Below are positions 27,278 through 34,443 of a DNA stretch of 34,443 nucleotides, in pieces. Each line of letters opens with the position of its first letter. Within the stretch, counting starts at the first letter, position 1. Both the position numbers and the translations under genes were made by a program. The stretch comes from a virus (Duplodnaviria > Caudoviricetes). Location of the stretch: positions 1 through 34,443 of the IMG/VR virus record IMGVR_UViG_3300037991_001546; one strand, 5' to 3'. The notes below the pieces were generated by a model. It did not search any database. It saw only the letters and a list, made by a program, of their open reading frames with translations, and was not told where the DNA came from.

Positions 27278-27436
27278 CTATTTTTTATTTAAGGCTTTTT
27301 TAACTTCAGCCCAAAGTTTATCATCAAGCTTATTTGAAGATTTAGCTACTAGCCAATCTCCTAAATGCATGATAACAGCTTTAATAAGTTTTTCTGTACC
27401 TAAGCTAGTAAGTACTTTACCTAAAATTGGTCCCAT
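27278..27436 (-). CDS. small hypothetical protein (52 aa, NKLDD motif)
   Basis: MGPILGKVLTSLGTEKLIKAVIMHLGDWLVAKSSNKLDDKLWAEVKKALNKK*; AGGAG RBS; TAATG coupling. Not in the ORF track. Confidence 0.75.
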   Translation of the reverse strand: MGPILGKVLTSLGTEKLIKAVIMHLGDWLVAKSSNKLDDKLWAEVKKALNKK

Positions 27437-27639
27437 TATTTGCTCTCCTTTTCACAATTAGTGTCGCAAGCTTCAAGGCCTTTCATATATCCTTGATGCT
27501 CAATGATCATTTGTTTTAATTCAGCTAATCTTGTATTAGCTTCTTGTATTTCGTTAACAAGTTCATTATGCTGTTCAACCAATGATTCCATTTTAGTTTC
27601 AGCTTCTTGTCTTAGATTTACTTTTTTTTCTTTAGCCAT
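27436..27639 (-). CDS. coiled-coil hypothetical protein
   Basis: 67 aa, heptad pattern, AGGAG RBS. Confidence 0.75.
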   Translation of the reverse strand: MAKEKKVNLRQEAETKMESLVEQHNELVNEIQEANTRLAELKQMIIEHQGYMKGLEACDTNCEKESK

Positions 27640-27654
27640 TTAAGGTTCTCCTGT

Positions 27655-28992
27655 TTATGATATTAATTTAAGAATTTTACCCATTTTAGTTTTTCCAAAC
27701 CCTTTTTTAATCGTCTTATCATCTAAAGATTTAACTCCAAAAGCATCTAAATTTAATTGTTTAGTAGATACTGGTCCACGTGCTTTAGTTGCATCATCAA
27801 TTTTTCCAGTAATAGGATTACGTGCCCAAATACCACGTCCTGTTTTATTAACACTACGCATGTTAGGACCACCTGGAATATTTCCACTTAATGCTCTACC
27901 TATTGCTCCACCTGGCATTCTAGATTGAGGAAGACCGCTTTGTACTCTACCTTGTCTTACGGGAACTCTATCGCCTTTAGATGAAAGTTCTGTAGGTCCT
28001 TGGTAATTTCTTATTACAGGTTTGTCCACAGCTACGCTTCTTGGGTTTTTTGCCCTTTCAATCATAGGTTGACCTTCATATTTACTTCCATATAGGCCAC
28101 CCATTCTTCTACCTTTATTTTTTCCAAATCCACCTTTACCAGTAATTTTTCTAGCCATTTGTTGATTTTTAAGTGAACTTAATCGTTTTTTAGCTAAACT
28201 TACTTGACTTTTTGTTGAAGTAGGATCTTTTATTATTTTTTGCTGTATTGTAGCTTTACGAGTTAATTTACTTTTAGTGTCCATAGGACTAAATTGTCTA
28301 CCAGGACTTTTAAAAGTATACTCTGTTTGCATAGCTCTTTTATATTCTGTGCTTTTAGCTACCTTAGGTCTTCCTTTTCCTTTAGAAGGAGGAAAACCTT
28401 TTTCAGTACCAGGTCCTAAATCAGTTATTGTTTTAACTTTAAAAGATTTAGGCATTTTACCTAAAGATGTGCTTTGTTTACCGTATTGATTAAACAATCT
28501 TCCTTTTCTAGAAGCTTCAGCAGTTTCAATTTTTCTTTGTGTTCTTTTAGTAGGTGAAACAATTCTGTCTTTATTTAAATCATAATAAGAACCTTTTGGT
28601 AGTCTTCCACTAGAAACTTGTTTTTGTACACTTTTTTGTATATTTCTTTGTCTTGGAGTTAACTTAGGTTCAGGTAATCCCAAAGGAGGTTGGTTAGCTT
28701 TTGCTTTTCTTCTAGCAGCTTTTTTTTCTTTTGTAGAAGTACCTATAGCTTTACCTAATTTTTGAATATTTTTTATTACATTTAACTTAGGAGTTCTATC
28801 TCTAACTTCTTTATAAATTCTTTTACCAGCTTGATAACCAAGATATCCTGTAGTTGCACCTGCAGCTAATTTAGCAGGAGTTCCAAAAACCTGTCTTAAA
28901 TCTTTTAAACCTTTTTCTCCTAAATTTGGTTGCTCTGCAACAGAATCTCTTGTTTTTGCATAATCTCTTAATTTTTTCTTAGTTTGTATCAT
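27655..28992 (-). CDS. highly basic Lys/Arg/Gly/Pro-rich, probably disordered protein
   Basis: 445 aa, dominated by K/R/G/P with few acidic residues and no Cys. Confidence 0.75.
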   Translation of the reverse strand: MIQTKKKLRDYAKTRDSVAEQPNLGEKGLKDLRQVFGTPAKLAAGATTGYLGYQAGKRIYKEVRDRTPKLNVIKNIQKLGKAIGTSTKEKKAARRKAKANQPPLGLPEPKLTPRQRNIQKSVQKQVSSGRLPKGSYYDLNKDRIVSPTKRTQRKIETAEASRKGRLFNQYGKQSTSLGKMPKSFKVKTITDLGPGTEKGFPPSKGKGRPKVAKSTEYKRAMQTEYTFKSPGRQFSPMDTKSKLTRKATIQQKIIKDPTSTKSQVSLAKKRLSSLKNQQMARKITGKGGFGKNKGRRMGGLYGSKYEGQPMIERAKNPRSVAVDKPVIRNYQGPTELSSKGDRVPVRQGRVQSGLPQSRMPGGAIGRALSGNIPGGPNMRSVNKTGRGIWARNPITGKIDDATKARGPVSTKQLNLDAFGVKSLDDKTIKKGFGKTKMGKILKLIS

Positions 28993-28994
28993 CT

Positions 28995-29420
28995 TTAATC
29001 CCTTCTAAATATTTTAGATAGTTTATTATATCCTGCACCTAATACTTTAGCAACTGGGGAAAGAACTTTTCCAGCAACAATACCTTCACCAGTCCATCCT
29101 AATACACCTTGTGTTAAATTACCTACAGTTCTTCCATATCCGTATTCATCATAAAATTCGTTAAGTTTTTTTCTACTATCTAGAGGTTCAGATAAACTAA
29201 GTAAAGTTTCTTTAGCTTTTCCACTAGTTGTAGCATCAACAACTTTATCATATAAATTGTCTTCTGTTAAAAAACCTGATCCTCTAAAACCAGCATGATC
29301 ACCAAAAAAGAAATTTATAAGATTATCTCCAGCTTTATGATCGTGATCATCGTCATATACTTTCATGCCAAGCATAGCATTCTGGTATTGCCTTTTTTTA
29401 TTTTTATCTGATTGCATCAT
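28995..29420 (-). CDS. hypothetical protein
   Basis: 141 aa, GAGG RBS, Gly-rich amphipathic C-terminus. Confidence 0.7.
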   Translation of the reverse strand: MMQSDKNKKRQYQNAMLGMKVYDDDHDHKAGDNLINFFFGDHAGFRGSGFLTEDNLYDKVVDATTSGKAKETLLSLSEPLDSRKKLNEFYDEYGYGRTVGNLTQGVLGWTGEGIVAGKVLSPVAKVLGAGYNKLSKIFRRD

Positions 29421-29433
29421 AGTTTTTACCTCT

Positions 29434-29462
29434 AATATAACAATTATTTATCTTCTTGTCAA
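29434..29462 (-). promoter_or_regulatory. near-consensus sigma70 promoter (extended -10)
   Basis: Minus strand TTGACA (29462-29457), 17-bp spacer ending TGT, TATATT (29439-29434). Overlaps the inverted repeat TTGTCAAG/CTTGACAA (29456-29477). Confidence 0.65.
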
Positions 29463-29479
29463 GATTTTACTTGACAAAT

Positions 29480-29614
29480 CTATTTTTTCTTTCTTTTGAC
29501 AATCTTTTTAATTTTTCCGTTATGTGTTCTAGCAAACTTATGTGTTTTAGTTTCTCTTATTAGAGTACCTTTATAACGTTTGCCACCCCACATCCAACTT
29601 ACTGTTTTAGCCAT
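29480..29614 (-). CDS. small basic protein (44 aa)
   Basis: MAKTVSWMWGGKRYKGTLIRETKTHKFARTHNGKIKKIVKRKKK*; GAGGA RBS. Not in the ORF track. Confidence 0.7.
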   Translation of the reverse strand: MAKTVSWMWGGKRYKGTLIRETKTHKFARTHNGKIKKIVKRKKK

Positions 29615-29753
29615 TGCCTTGTCCTCTATAACGTTTAATATAATGTTTATTACTCAACTTATTTCCATATTTTGTATGCCTACCTTTACCTTGCCTTGTT
29701 TTCTTTTTAGTAGACTTTCTTACTTCTTGATTAAATAACGATCTACGTTTCAT
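29607..29753 (-). CDS. small basic protein (48 aa, KKTRQG...YRGQG type)
   Basis: MKRRSLFNQEVRKSTKKKTRQGKGRHTKYGNKLSNKHYIKRYRGQGNG*; TAATG coupling. I recognise the motif from small marine-phage proteins. Not in the ORF track. Confidence 0.75.
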   Translation of the reverse strand: MKRRSLFNQEVRKSTKKKTRQGKGRHTKYGNKLSNKHYIKRYRGQGNG

Positions 29754-30067
29754 TAATTTCTACACTTCCATCTTCTACGTGCTTGTCTTATTCTAGAATT
29801 TGGATTGTTTCTTGTTTTTGCAGAACTTCTTTTTAATTGACCTTTAGATCTTGCACAATATGACTTTCTTCTTTTAGCTGCTTTACTACCTTTTTTTACT
29901 TTACCAGTAACAGCAGTTTTTAATTTACTTCCAGGATTAGCTCTTCTATGAGCAGCAACACCCTTTTTAGTCATACCAGCACCTTTTTTCGTAGGTCTAT
30001 AATTAGCGTTTTTACCTTTAGTAGTTCTTCTTATAGCTTTTTGTCTACGTTTTTTTCTTTCTGCCAT
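29753..30067 (-). CDS. basic phage protein, DUF6321-like
   Basis: GAGMTKKG...NPGSKLK.AV...RRKSYCARS.G...NSR...ARRRWKC, a conserved marine-phage family. Confidence 0.75.
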   Translation of the reverse strand: MAERKKRRQKAIRRTTKGKNANYRPTKKGAGMTKKGVAAHRRANPGSKLKTAVTGKVKKGSKAAKRRKSYCARSKGQLKRSSAKTRNNPNSRIRQARRRWKCRN

Positions 30068-30450
30068 TATTTAATCTCTTTTTTAATTTTATCAAACACT
30101 TCTTGTTCATCAAACTTCATACTAATACCTGGTTCATATCTCATTACTTCAGAACCATTTTTAAATATAATAATAGTAGGAACAACTTTTATATTCCATT
30201 CTTTTTGTATAACTGCACCAATAGCTTTATTACTAAGATCGACTTCTCCTACATAACAAAGCTTAGCAAGTTTTTCTATCTTAGCTCTATTTTTATAGTT
30301 CCAAGAAGCATTTACTTGCACTACTGCACAATTTTCTAGTTTTACTAATTGAATTTTTTCAAAATTATCTAGATTAACTGACTGAGAGTGCAAGGGCGAC
30401 TGCCATAGCAATAATCCAAGCAACCATGCCATACCATAATAATAATTCAT
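30067..30450 (-). CDS. thioredoxin-fold protein lacking CxxC, with signal peptide
   Basis: Hydrophobic N-terminus. VVQVNASWN replaces F.A.WCxxC; WNIKVVPTIIIFKNG is the cis-Pro motif. Confidence 0.75.
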   Translation of the reverse strand: MNYYYGMAWLLGLLLWQSPLHSQSVNLDNFEKIQLVKLENCAVVQVNASWNYKNRAKIEKLAKLCYVGEVDLSNKAIGAVIQKEWNIKVVPTIIIFKNGSEVMRYEPGISMKFDEQEVFDKIKKEIK

Positions 30451-30462
30451 CTCTGTACCTCA

Positions 30463-30759
30463 TTATTTGTTATTCATGTCTATAAGAGTCTCAGTAATAG
30501 CTCTAGTATCTTCTTTAATGTCATCTACTTTTTCTTCAAGCTTATCTACTTTACCCTCTGTATTTAATATAGAATCACGAATCATCTGATCTTTTAAATC
30601 ATATTCCATGCGTGAAACCTCTGGTTCTGGTAGTTCTTTAGCAAGTTCTATTTCTGCTTGTAAAGAATACCACATACCTATAATCATCCCTATAGTGACT
30701 ACGATACTAATACCTGTCTCTAGAGATAATGTAAATTTAGTGTCTTTACCTACTTCCAT
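30463..30759 (-). CDS. single-pass membrane protein with coiled coil
   Basis: TM segment GISIVVTIGMIIGMWYSL followed by heptads (KVDKLEEKVDDIKED). Confidence 0.7.
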   Translation of the reverse strand: MEVGKDTKFTLSLETGISIVVTIGMIIGMWYSLQAEIELAKELPEPEVSRMEYDLKDQMIRDSILNTEGKVDKLEEKVDDIKEDTRAITETLIDMNNK

Positions 30760-30778
30760 TGTTATCCCCTATTGTTTA

Positions 30779-31105
30779 TTATTGTCCACCACCAAAACCA
30801 CCACCACTTGTTTCATGGTATCCACCGATAGCATGACTGAAATGATGTGGAGCACTTATTATTGCAGATCTATGCGATGCTGTAACACTTGTATTTGCTG
30901 AACTAGCTAATGGATTATTACTACCACCTATTTTTTCAAAAGCTCCAATAGGTCCACTATTTTGTCCAGCATACGTATGTGTAATACCGCCAACAGTAAC
31001 GTCTGATGTAGCCATAGCAGATATACTTATATCAGTAGTTTGCACTACTTTACATTCATCTGCTATTTCAGCTTTCAGTTTTACATTAGTATTAGGTACT
31101 GCCAT
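30779..31105 (-). CDS. hypothetical protein (tail fibre-associated)
   Basis: 108 aa, Ser/Thr/Gly-rich, MAVP start, downstream of the tail fibre. Confidence 0.65.
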   Translation of the reverse strand: MAVPNTNVKLKAEIADECKVVQTTDISISAMATSDVTVGGITHTYAGQNSGPIGAFEKIGGSNNPLASSANTSVTASHRSAIISAPHHFSHAIGGYHETSGGGFGGGQ

Positions 31106-31113
31106 TATTTACC

Positions 31114-31141
31114 TTTAATGCGATTAATTAATCTTATTAAA
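31114..31141. repeat. AT-rich imperfect palindrome in intergenic gap
   Basis: TTTAAT-GC-GATTAATTAATC-TT-ATTAAA: a 28-bp dyad with a perfect 12-bp core. Confidence 0.45.
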
Positions 31142-31151
31142 TAACCAATCA

Positions 31152-31397
31152 TTACTCAGCGTCTTTAATTGCGTTATATTCTACTAATTCAGCTTCTACA
31201 TCTACTAACTCAGCTTCTAATCTAGCTTTTGTTGCTTCTGCATTAGAAATAGCATCATCAACTGATATGTTTTCTTCATAATCCAAAACAGTAACATCGT
31301 TACCATTTGCATTTTGCATAACTCTAGTGTGTTTAATTGACACCATTTTTGTTGATGCAGATGTTTCTTCTGACATTGCACTTATTATTTTAGCCAT
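31152..31397 (-). CDS. acidic coiled-coil hypothetical protein
   Basis: 81 aa, AAGGAG RBS, overlaps the tail fibre stop. Confidence 0.7.
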   Translation of the reverse strand: MAKIISAMSEETSASTKMVSIKHTRVMQNANGNDVTVLDYEENISVDDAISNAEATKARLEAELVDVEAELVEYNAIKDAE

Positions 31398-34300
31398 TTA
31401 ACTTCTCCTTAAGATCGTTTATTTGTTGTTGTTGTTCTTGTACTGCTTTTATTAATACCGAAGTAAGTTTAGCATAATCTACAGTTTTGTGAGTTTCTTC
31501 TCCACTATTTAATGTATCTACTTCTACTACTACTTCTGGTATAATCTTTTCTATCTCTTGTGCTATAACACCAATATCGTGTTGTCCGTTTCTTTTTTCT
31601 TTCCAATCAAATGATACTGGTCTAATATCTAACACATCTTTTAATCCATAATTTAAATCTTTAACATTTTCTTTTAATCTAGCGTCTGATGCAATAGTTG
31701 TAGAAAACGCTACTACATCACCATCAAATAATGCATTACCATCATAATCTACTCTCATGCAAACATCTGCAATAGGTGCAGTTGCACTATTTGCAACAGC
31801 TCCAGTTACTACATTAGCTCTACCCCAAAATAAATAATTATCACTAGACAATAACATTCCATGTGTAGTAGAAGTATTACCGCTTGTTTTTAAATATGCA
31901 TAATCGCCTAAAGCTGTTTGATAAGCATTATATAACACGTCGTGCGTTTGCATTCCACTATTCCAAGAACCTACATATCGTCTTATTGTAGTACCATTGC
32001 TATTAACTTGAAACTCACTTGTTACTCTAGCTTGCCCACTAGTTAATGTTCCACTTGCGTCTACTCTAAATTCTTCAGTATTACCAACATAAAATCTTTG
32101 TGAGTCATCTAAAATATCTATTCTATCATCTTGACCGCTTGAACTACTAAAGTTTCTTCTTAAACTTAAATCTTCATCATAAGAACCTACAACACCGCTA
32201 TCTACTATAATTTTATTATTAAAATAAAATTTACCTCTATCAGTATTTATATGACCCCAACCATCATTAGCTGGTCCTAATTCTATATAACCATTATCAG
32301 TTATAAATCTATGATATGCAGAACCACTACCTGTATGTGCATGATGATAATAAGCCCTAGTATCACCTACATATAATTCTAGGTAATCAGTTGTATCTCC
32401 TGGCTGATATAGTCTTAATGTATTATCATGTTGTAATTGCATAGCAAGTTCTTCTGTACCTGCTCTTCTTGTCCAAAATCTTAAATGTCCAGCTCTACCA
32501 GATTGACTACCATCTACTAAGTAAGATGATATTCTTGCCATACTATTTGTACCGCTTTGACTATGTCCAAATACTAAACTTCCTCCACTACCAGCACTTG
32601 TTTGTGTATTTCTAATCTCTAATGAAGGGTTAGAATTATATCCCATTATTGCACTACCGCTATTAGCCATTAAAAACATTGCTTTGCTTGTAGCTCTGTT
32701 GTAAAAATATATTTGACTTGTATCGTGCTCTATGCTTATTTCATTACCATTAGTTCTTGCAAATCGTATCATTTGGTCTGAACCACTAGCAAGTCTTAAA
32801 TTATTATTGCCACTTATATCCATTGTAAAGGTTGAACCTGGTGTTGTTTGGTCTGTTTCACCATATCCTAGTCGCATACTATGTGCTACTGTTAACTTAC
32901 CTTCAGTTGTAACAGCCATAGCTCCGCCAGCTTGTCCATGGTTATTATCTCCAAACCAAAAACCTCTACTAGCTGTATTGCTCATTTGGAAAGTCATAGC
33001 ATAATCACTATCCAATCCACCAAAAGTAAAACTATTTTGCATACCTATTGCATAAGCAGAAGCAGTCCAAACTCTATATTTATCTCTACTTGAAGATGCT
33101 GGCATTACAATCTTGTTTACATTAGTATAACTTAAATCTAAACCATTACCATTTACTCGCATTCTTTCAGTACCATCAGCTATAAAACGTGTCTGATTAG
33201 TTTCTATAGCAATCATATCGGTATTATTTTGACTTCTTAATTCTAAAGTATTACCTGATTGACTTGTTACTATTGCTTTACCAGTATCCCAAGTTATTGT
33301 ACCTCTATCAGCACTAGCTCCAAAATGATATTGACCATCATAAGTTATTATACATCTTGTAGTACCATTGTTTTGAAAATAATAACCACCAGTAGAATGC
33401 GTAGAGTTTAATAACATATGTCCACTACCATTAGAACCAAAGCCTACTCTATTGTTCCAGCTATTACTTGAGTATAAACTCCAAAAACCATTGTTTTCTC
33501 CAGCACTATAACCACCATCTACTAATACAGATACTTGATTATTGTTAGGATGATCTCTTTGTATAGATATTTCTCCACCATTTATTGTTATTCCTCTATG
33601 TCTACTACCACTAAAGTTAGCACCATTCCAAGTACCACTATTTTGCCAAAAACCACTTGCGTGTACTCCATCTAACAAATCTGCATCTAATCCACTACCA
33701 GATCCATCGTTAGCTTGGTTCCATACTTTACTCCAAGTAGCATAACTACTATTTGTTTGAGTATGACCTACATAAAACTCTGCATTATTAGCATATCCAA
33801 GGGCTATACCACCCCATCCACCAGCAGTATCTCTTTGAGAAATCTTATGAAAATAAAAATAAGTTGAACCAGGATTACCATAGTTTTGATTCCCACTTCT
33901 CATCATACCGTGAAACCCTGTTGGTAATGATGACCAGTTTGCTTCACTTAATTGGTCTCCTTCTATTCCATGTCCACTTGTATATCCAATATGTGTTCTA
34001 TCATCTCGAAGATTTACTGTTTTAACTAAATCTGCACTTGCATCTACGTGAAGTTGGTGTGTTTGGTTTTGAGATTCTACTCTAAAATCTGAATTATGTC
34101 CACCTTCATTAAATGTTGCTCCATAATTAACAGACATTGGTGAACTAAAAGAAGTATTACCATAAACATTATGCGTTCCTGTGTTGGTTAAGTTATATCT
34201 TGTATTAGCTCCACCAGTTTGTAATAATAAACCATTGCTTGTTGCTTGTATATATAGATCTTCTCCACTATGATAAATTTTTCCTTTTGGAACATTTAAT

Positions 34301-34443
34301 GCACCAGCTTCACTTGCATCTATTTGCAATGCATTTACATTAGAACCACCATCATTTACTCTAAAATAAATATCTTTATCTTGTGCATTGTTTGCTATAT
34401 ATAAACTATTACCAGTATCTTTTTCTATAAAACTATCACCTGA
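31390..34443 (-). CDS. long tail fibre with C-terminal intramolecular chaperone (peptidase S74), 5'-truncated
   Basis: The frame stays open to the window edge (SGDSFIEKDTG...). Gly/Ser/Asn-rich beta modules, GSGSGLDADLLDG motif, and SDARLKENV...GVIAQE...VDYAKL plus a terminal coiled coil. Confidence 0.92.
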   Translation of the reverse strand, partial: SGDSFIEKDTGNSLYIANNAQDKDIYFRVNDGGSNVNALQIDASEAGALNVPKGKIYHSGEDLYIQATSNGLLLQTGGANTRYNLTNTGTHNVYGNTSFSSPMSVNYGATFNEGGHNSDFRVESQNQTHQLHVDASADLVKTVNLRDDRTHIGYTSGHGIEGDQLSEANWSSLPTGFHGMMRSGNQNYGNPGSTYFYFHKISQRDTAGGWGGIALGYANNAEFYVGHTQTNSSYATWSKVWNQANDGSGSGLDADLLDGVHASGFWQNSGTWNGANFSGSRHRGITINGGEISIQRDHPNNNQVSVLVDGGYSAGENNGFWSLYSSNSWNNRVGFGSNGSGHMLLNSTHSTGGYYFQNNGTTRCIITYDGQYHFGASADRGTITWDTGKAIVTSQSGNTLELRSQNNTDMIAIETNQTRFIADGTERMRVNGNGLDLSYTNVNKIVMPASSSRDKYRVWTASAYAIGMQNSFTFGGLDSDYAMTFQMSNTASRGFWFGDNNHGQAGGAMAVTTEGKLTVAHSMRLGYGETDQTTPGSTFTMDISGNNNLRLASGSDQMIRFARTNGNEISIEHDTSQIYFYNRATSKAMFLMANSGSAIMGYNSNPSLEIRNTQTSAGSGGSLVFGHSQSGTNSMARISSYLVDGSQSGRAGHLRFWTRRAGTEELAMQLQHDNTLRLYQPGDTTDYLELYVGDTRAYYHHAHTGSGSAYHRFITDNGYIELGPANDGWGHINTDRGKFYFNNKIIVDSGVVGSYDEDLSLRRNFSSSSGQDDRIDILDDSQRFYVGNTEEFRVDASGTLTSGQARVTSEFQVNSNGTTIRRYVGSWNSGMQTHDVLYNAYQTALGDYAYLKTSGNTSTTHGMLLSSDNYLFWGRANVVTGAVANSATAPIADVCMRVDYDGNALFDGDVVAFSTTIASDARLKENVKDLNYGLKDVLDIRPVSFDWKEKRNGQHDIGVIAQEIEKIIPEVVVEVDTLNSGEETHKTVDYAKLTSVLIKAVQEQQQQINDLKEKLNG

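Noticed and set aside
29471-29530. Plus-strand promoters from TTGACA at 29471 and 29496
   Set aside because: No acceptable -10 at 16-18 bp and no + strand gene downstream.
350-33004. Short ORF-track entries antisense to, or nested in, long genes (e.g. 350-682, 2029-2283, 7792-8097, 9764-9985, 11143-11337, 14086-14295, 19183-19419, 21910-22213, 23026-23214, 26390-26641, 26836-27024, 27258-27461, 28277-28489, 29948-30339, 30608-30901, 32732-33004)
   Set aside because: They are shadow frames of well-supported genes, show no recognisable motifs, and nearly all run against the strand organisation.
34327-34329. TTG start of the tail fibre
   Set aside because: The frame is open to the window edge, so the true start lies outside the window.
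1-34443. Stop-codon reassignment as in some crAss-like phages
   Set aside because: Genes tile densely under the standard code, and TAA, TAG and TGA all occur as stops at coupled gene junctions.
1-34443. CRISPR array, integrase, transposon, intron/intein or diversity-generating retroelement
   Set aside because: I saw no regularly spaced repeats, recombinase or reverse transcriptase motifs, or duplicated variable region by eye. A self dot-plot would be needed to exclude subtle repeats.

Overview
AT-rich fragment of a tailed dsDNA phage genome with podovirus-like gene content. Several small genes resemble families common in uncultured marine phages. Two gene blocks converge on a bidirectional terminator at about 10.0 kb. 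The + strand block (1-10013) is early/replication genes. It opens with what looks like a phage-encoded ubiquitin-like conjugation cassette: a Ubl-like C-terminus with KTGG plus an 11-aa extension (cut by the window edge and missed by the ORF track), a 791-aa protein with a candidate E2-like Cys, a JAB/MPN peptidase and a ThiF/E1 enzyme. Next come a putative single-strand annealing protein, SSB, AEP primase-SF4 helicase, Hjc-type resolvase and GroES, with several long intergenic stems. The - strand block (10095-34443) is virion/late genes: a tail fibre with an S74 chaperone, many small basic proteins, a thioredoxin-fold protein without CxxC, a metallophosphoesterase, a tail tubular/stabilisation protein, a GH24 lysozyme and putative ejection proteins. 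It ends in a 3513-aa polyprotein with a cpYpsA-type SLOG domain and a two-barrel RNA polymerase motif (GADNDFD), probably a virion-packaged RNA polymerase. All calls come from reading motifs by eye; no database searches or folding programs were run.
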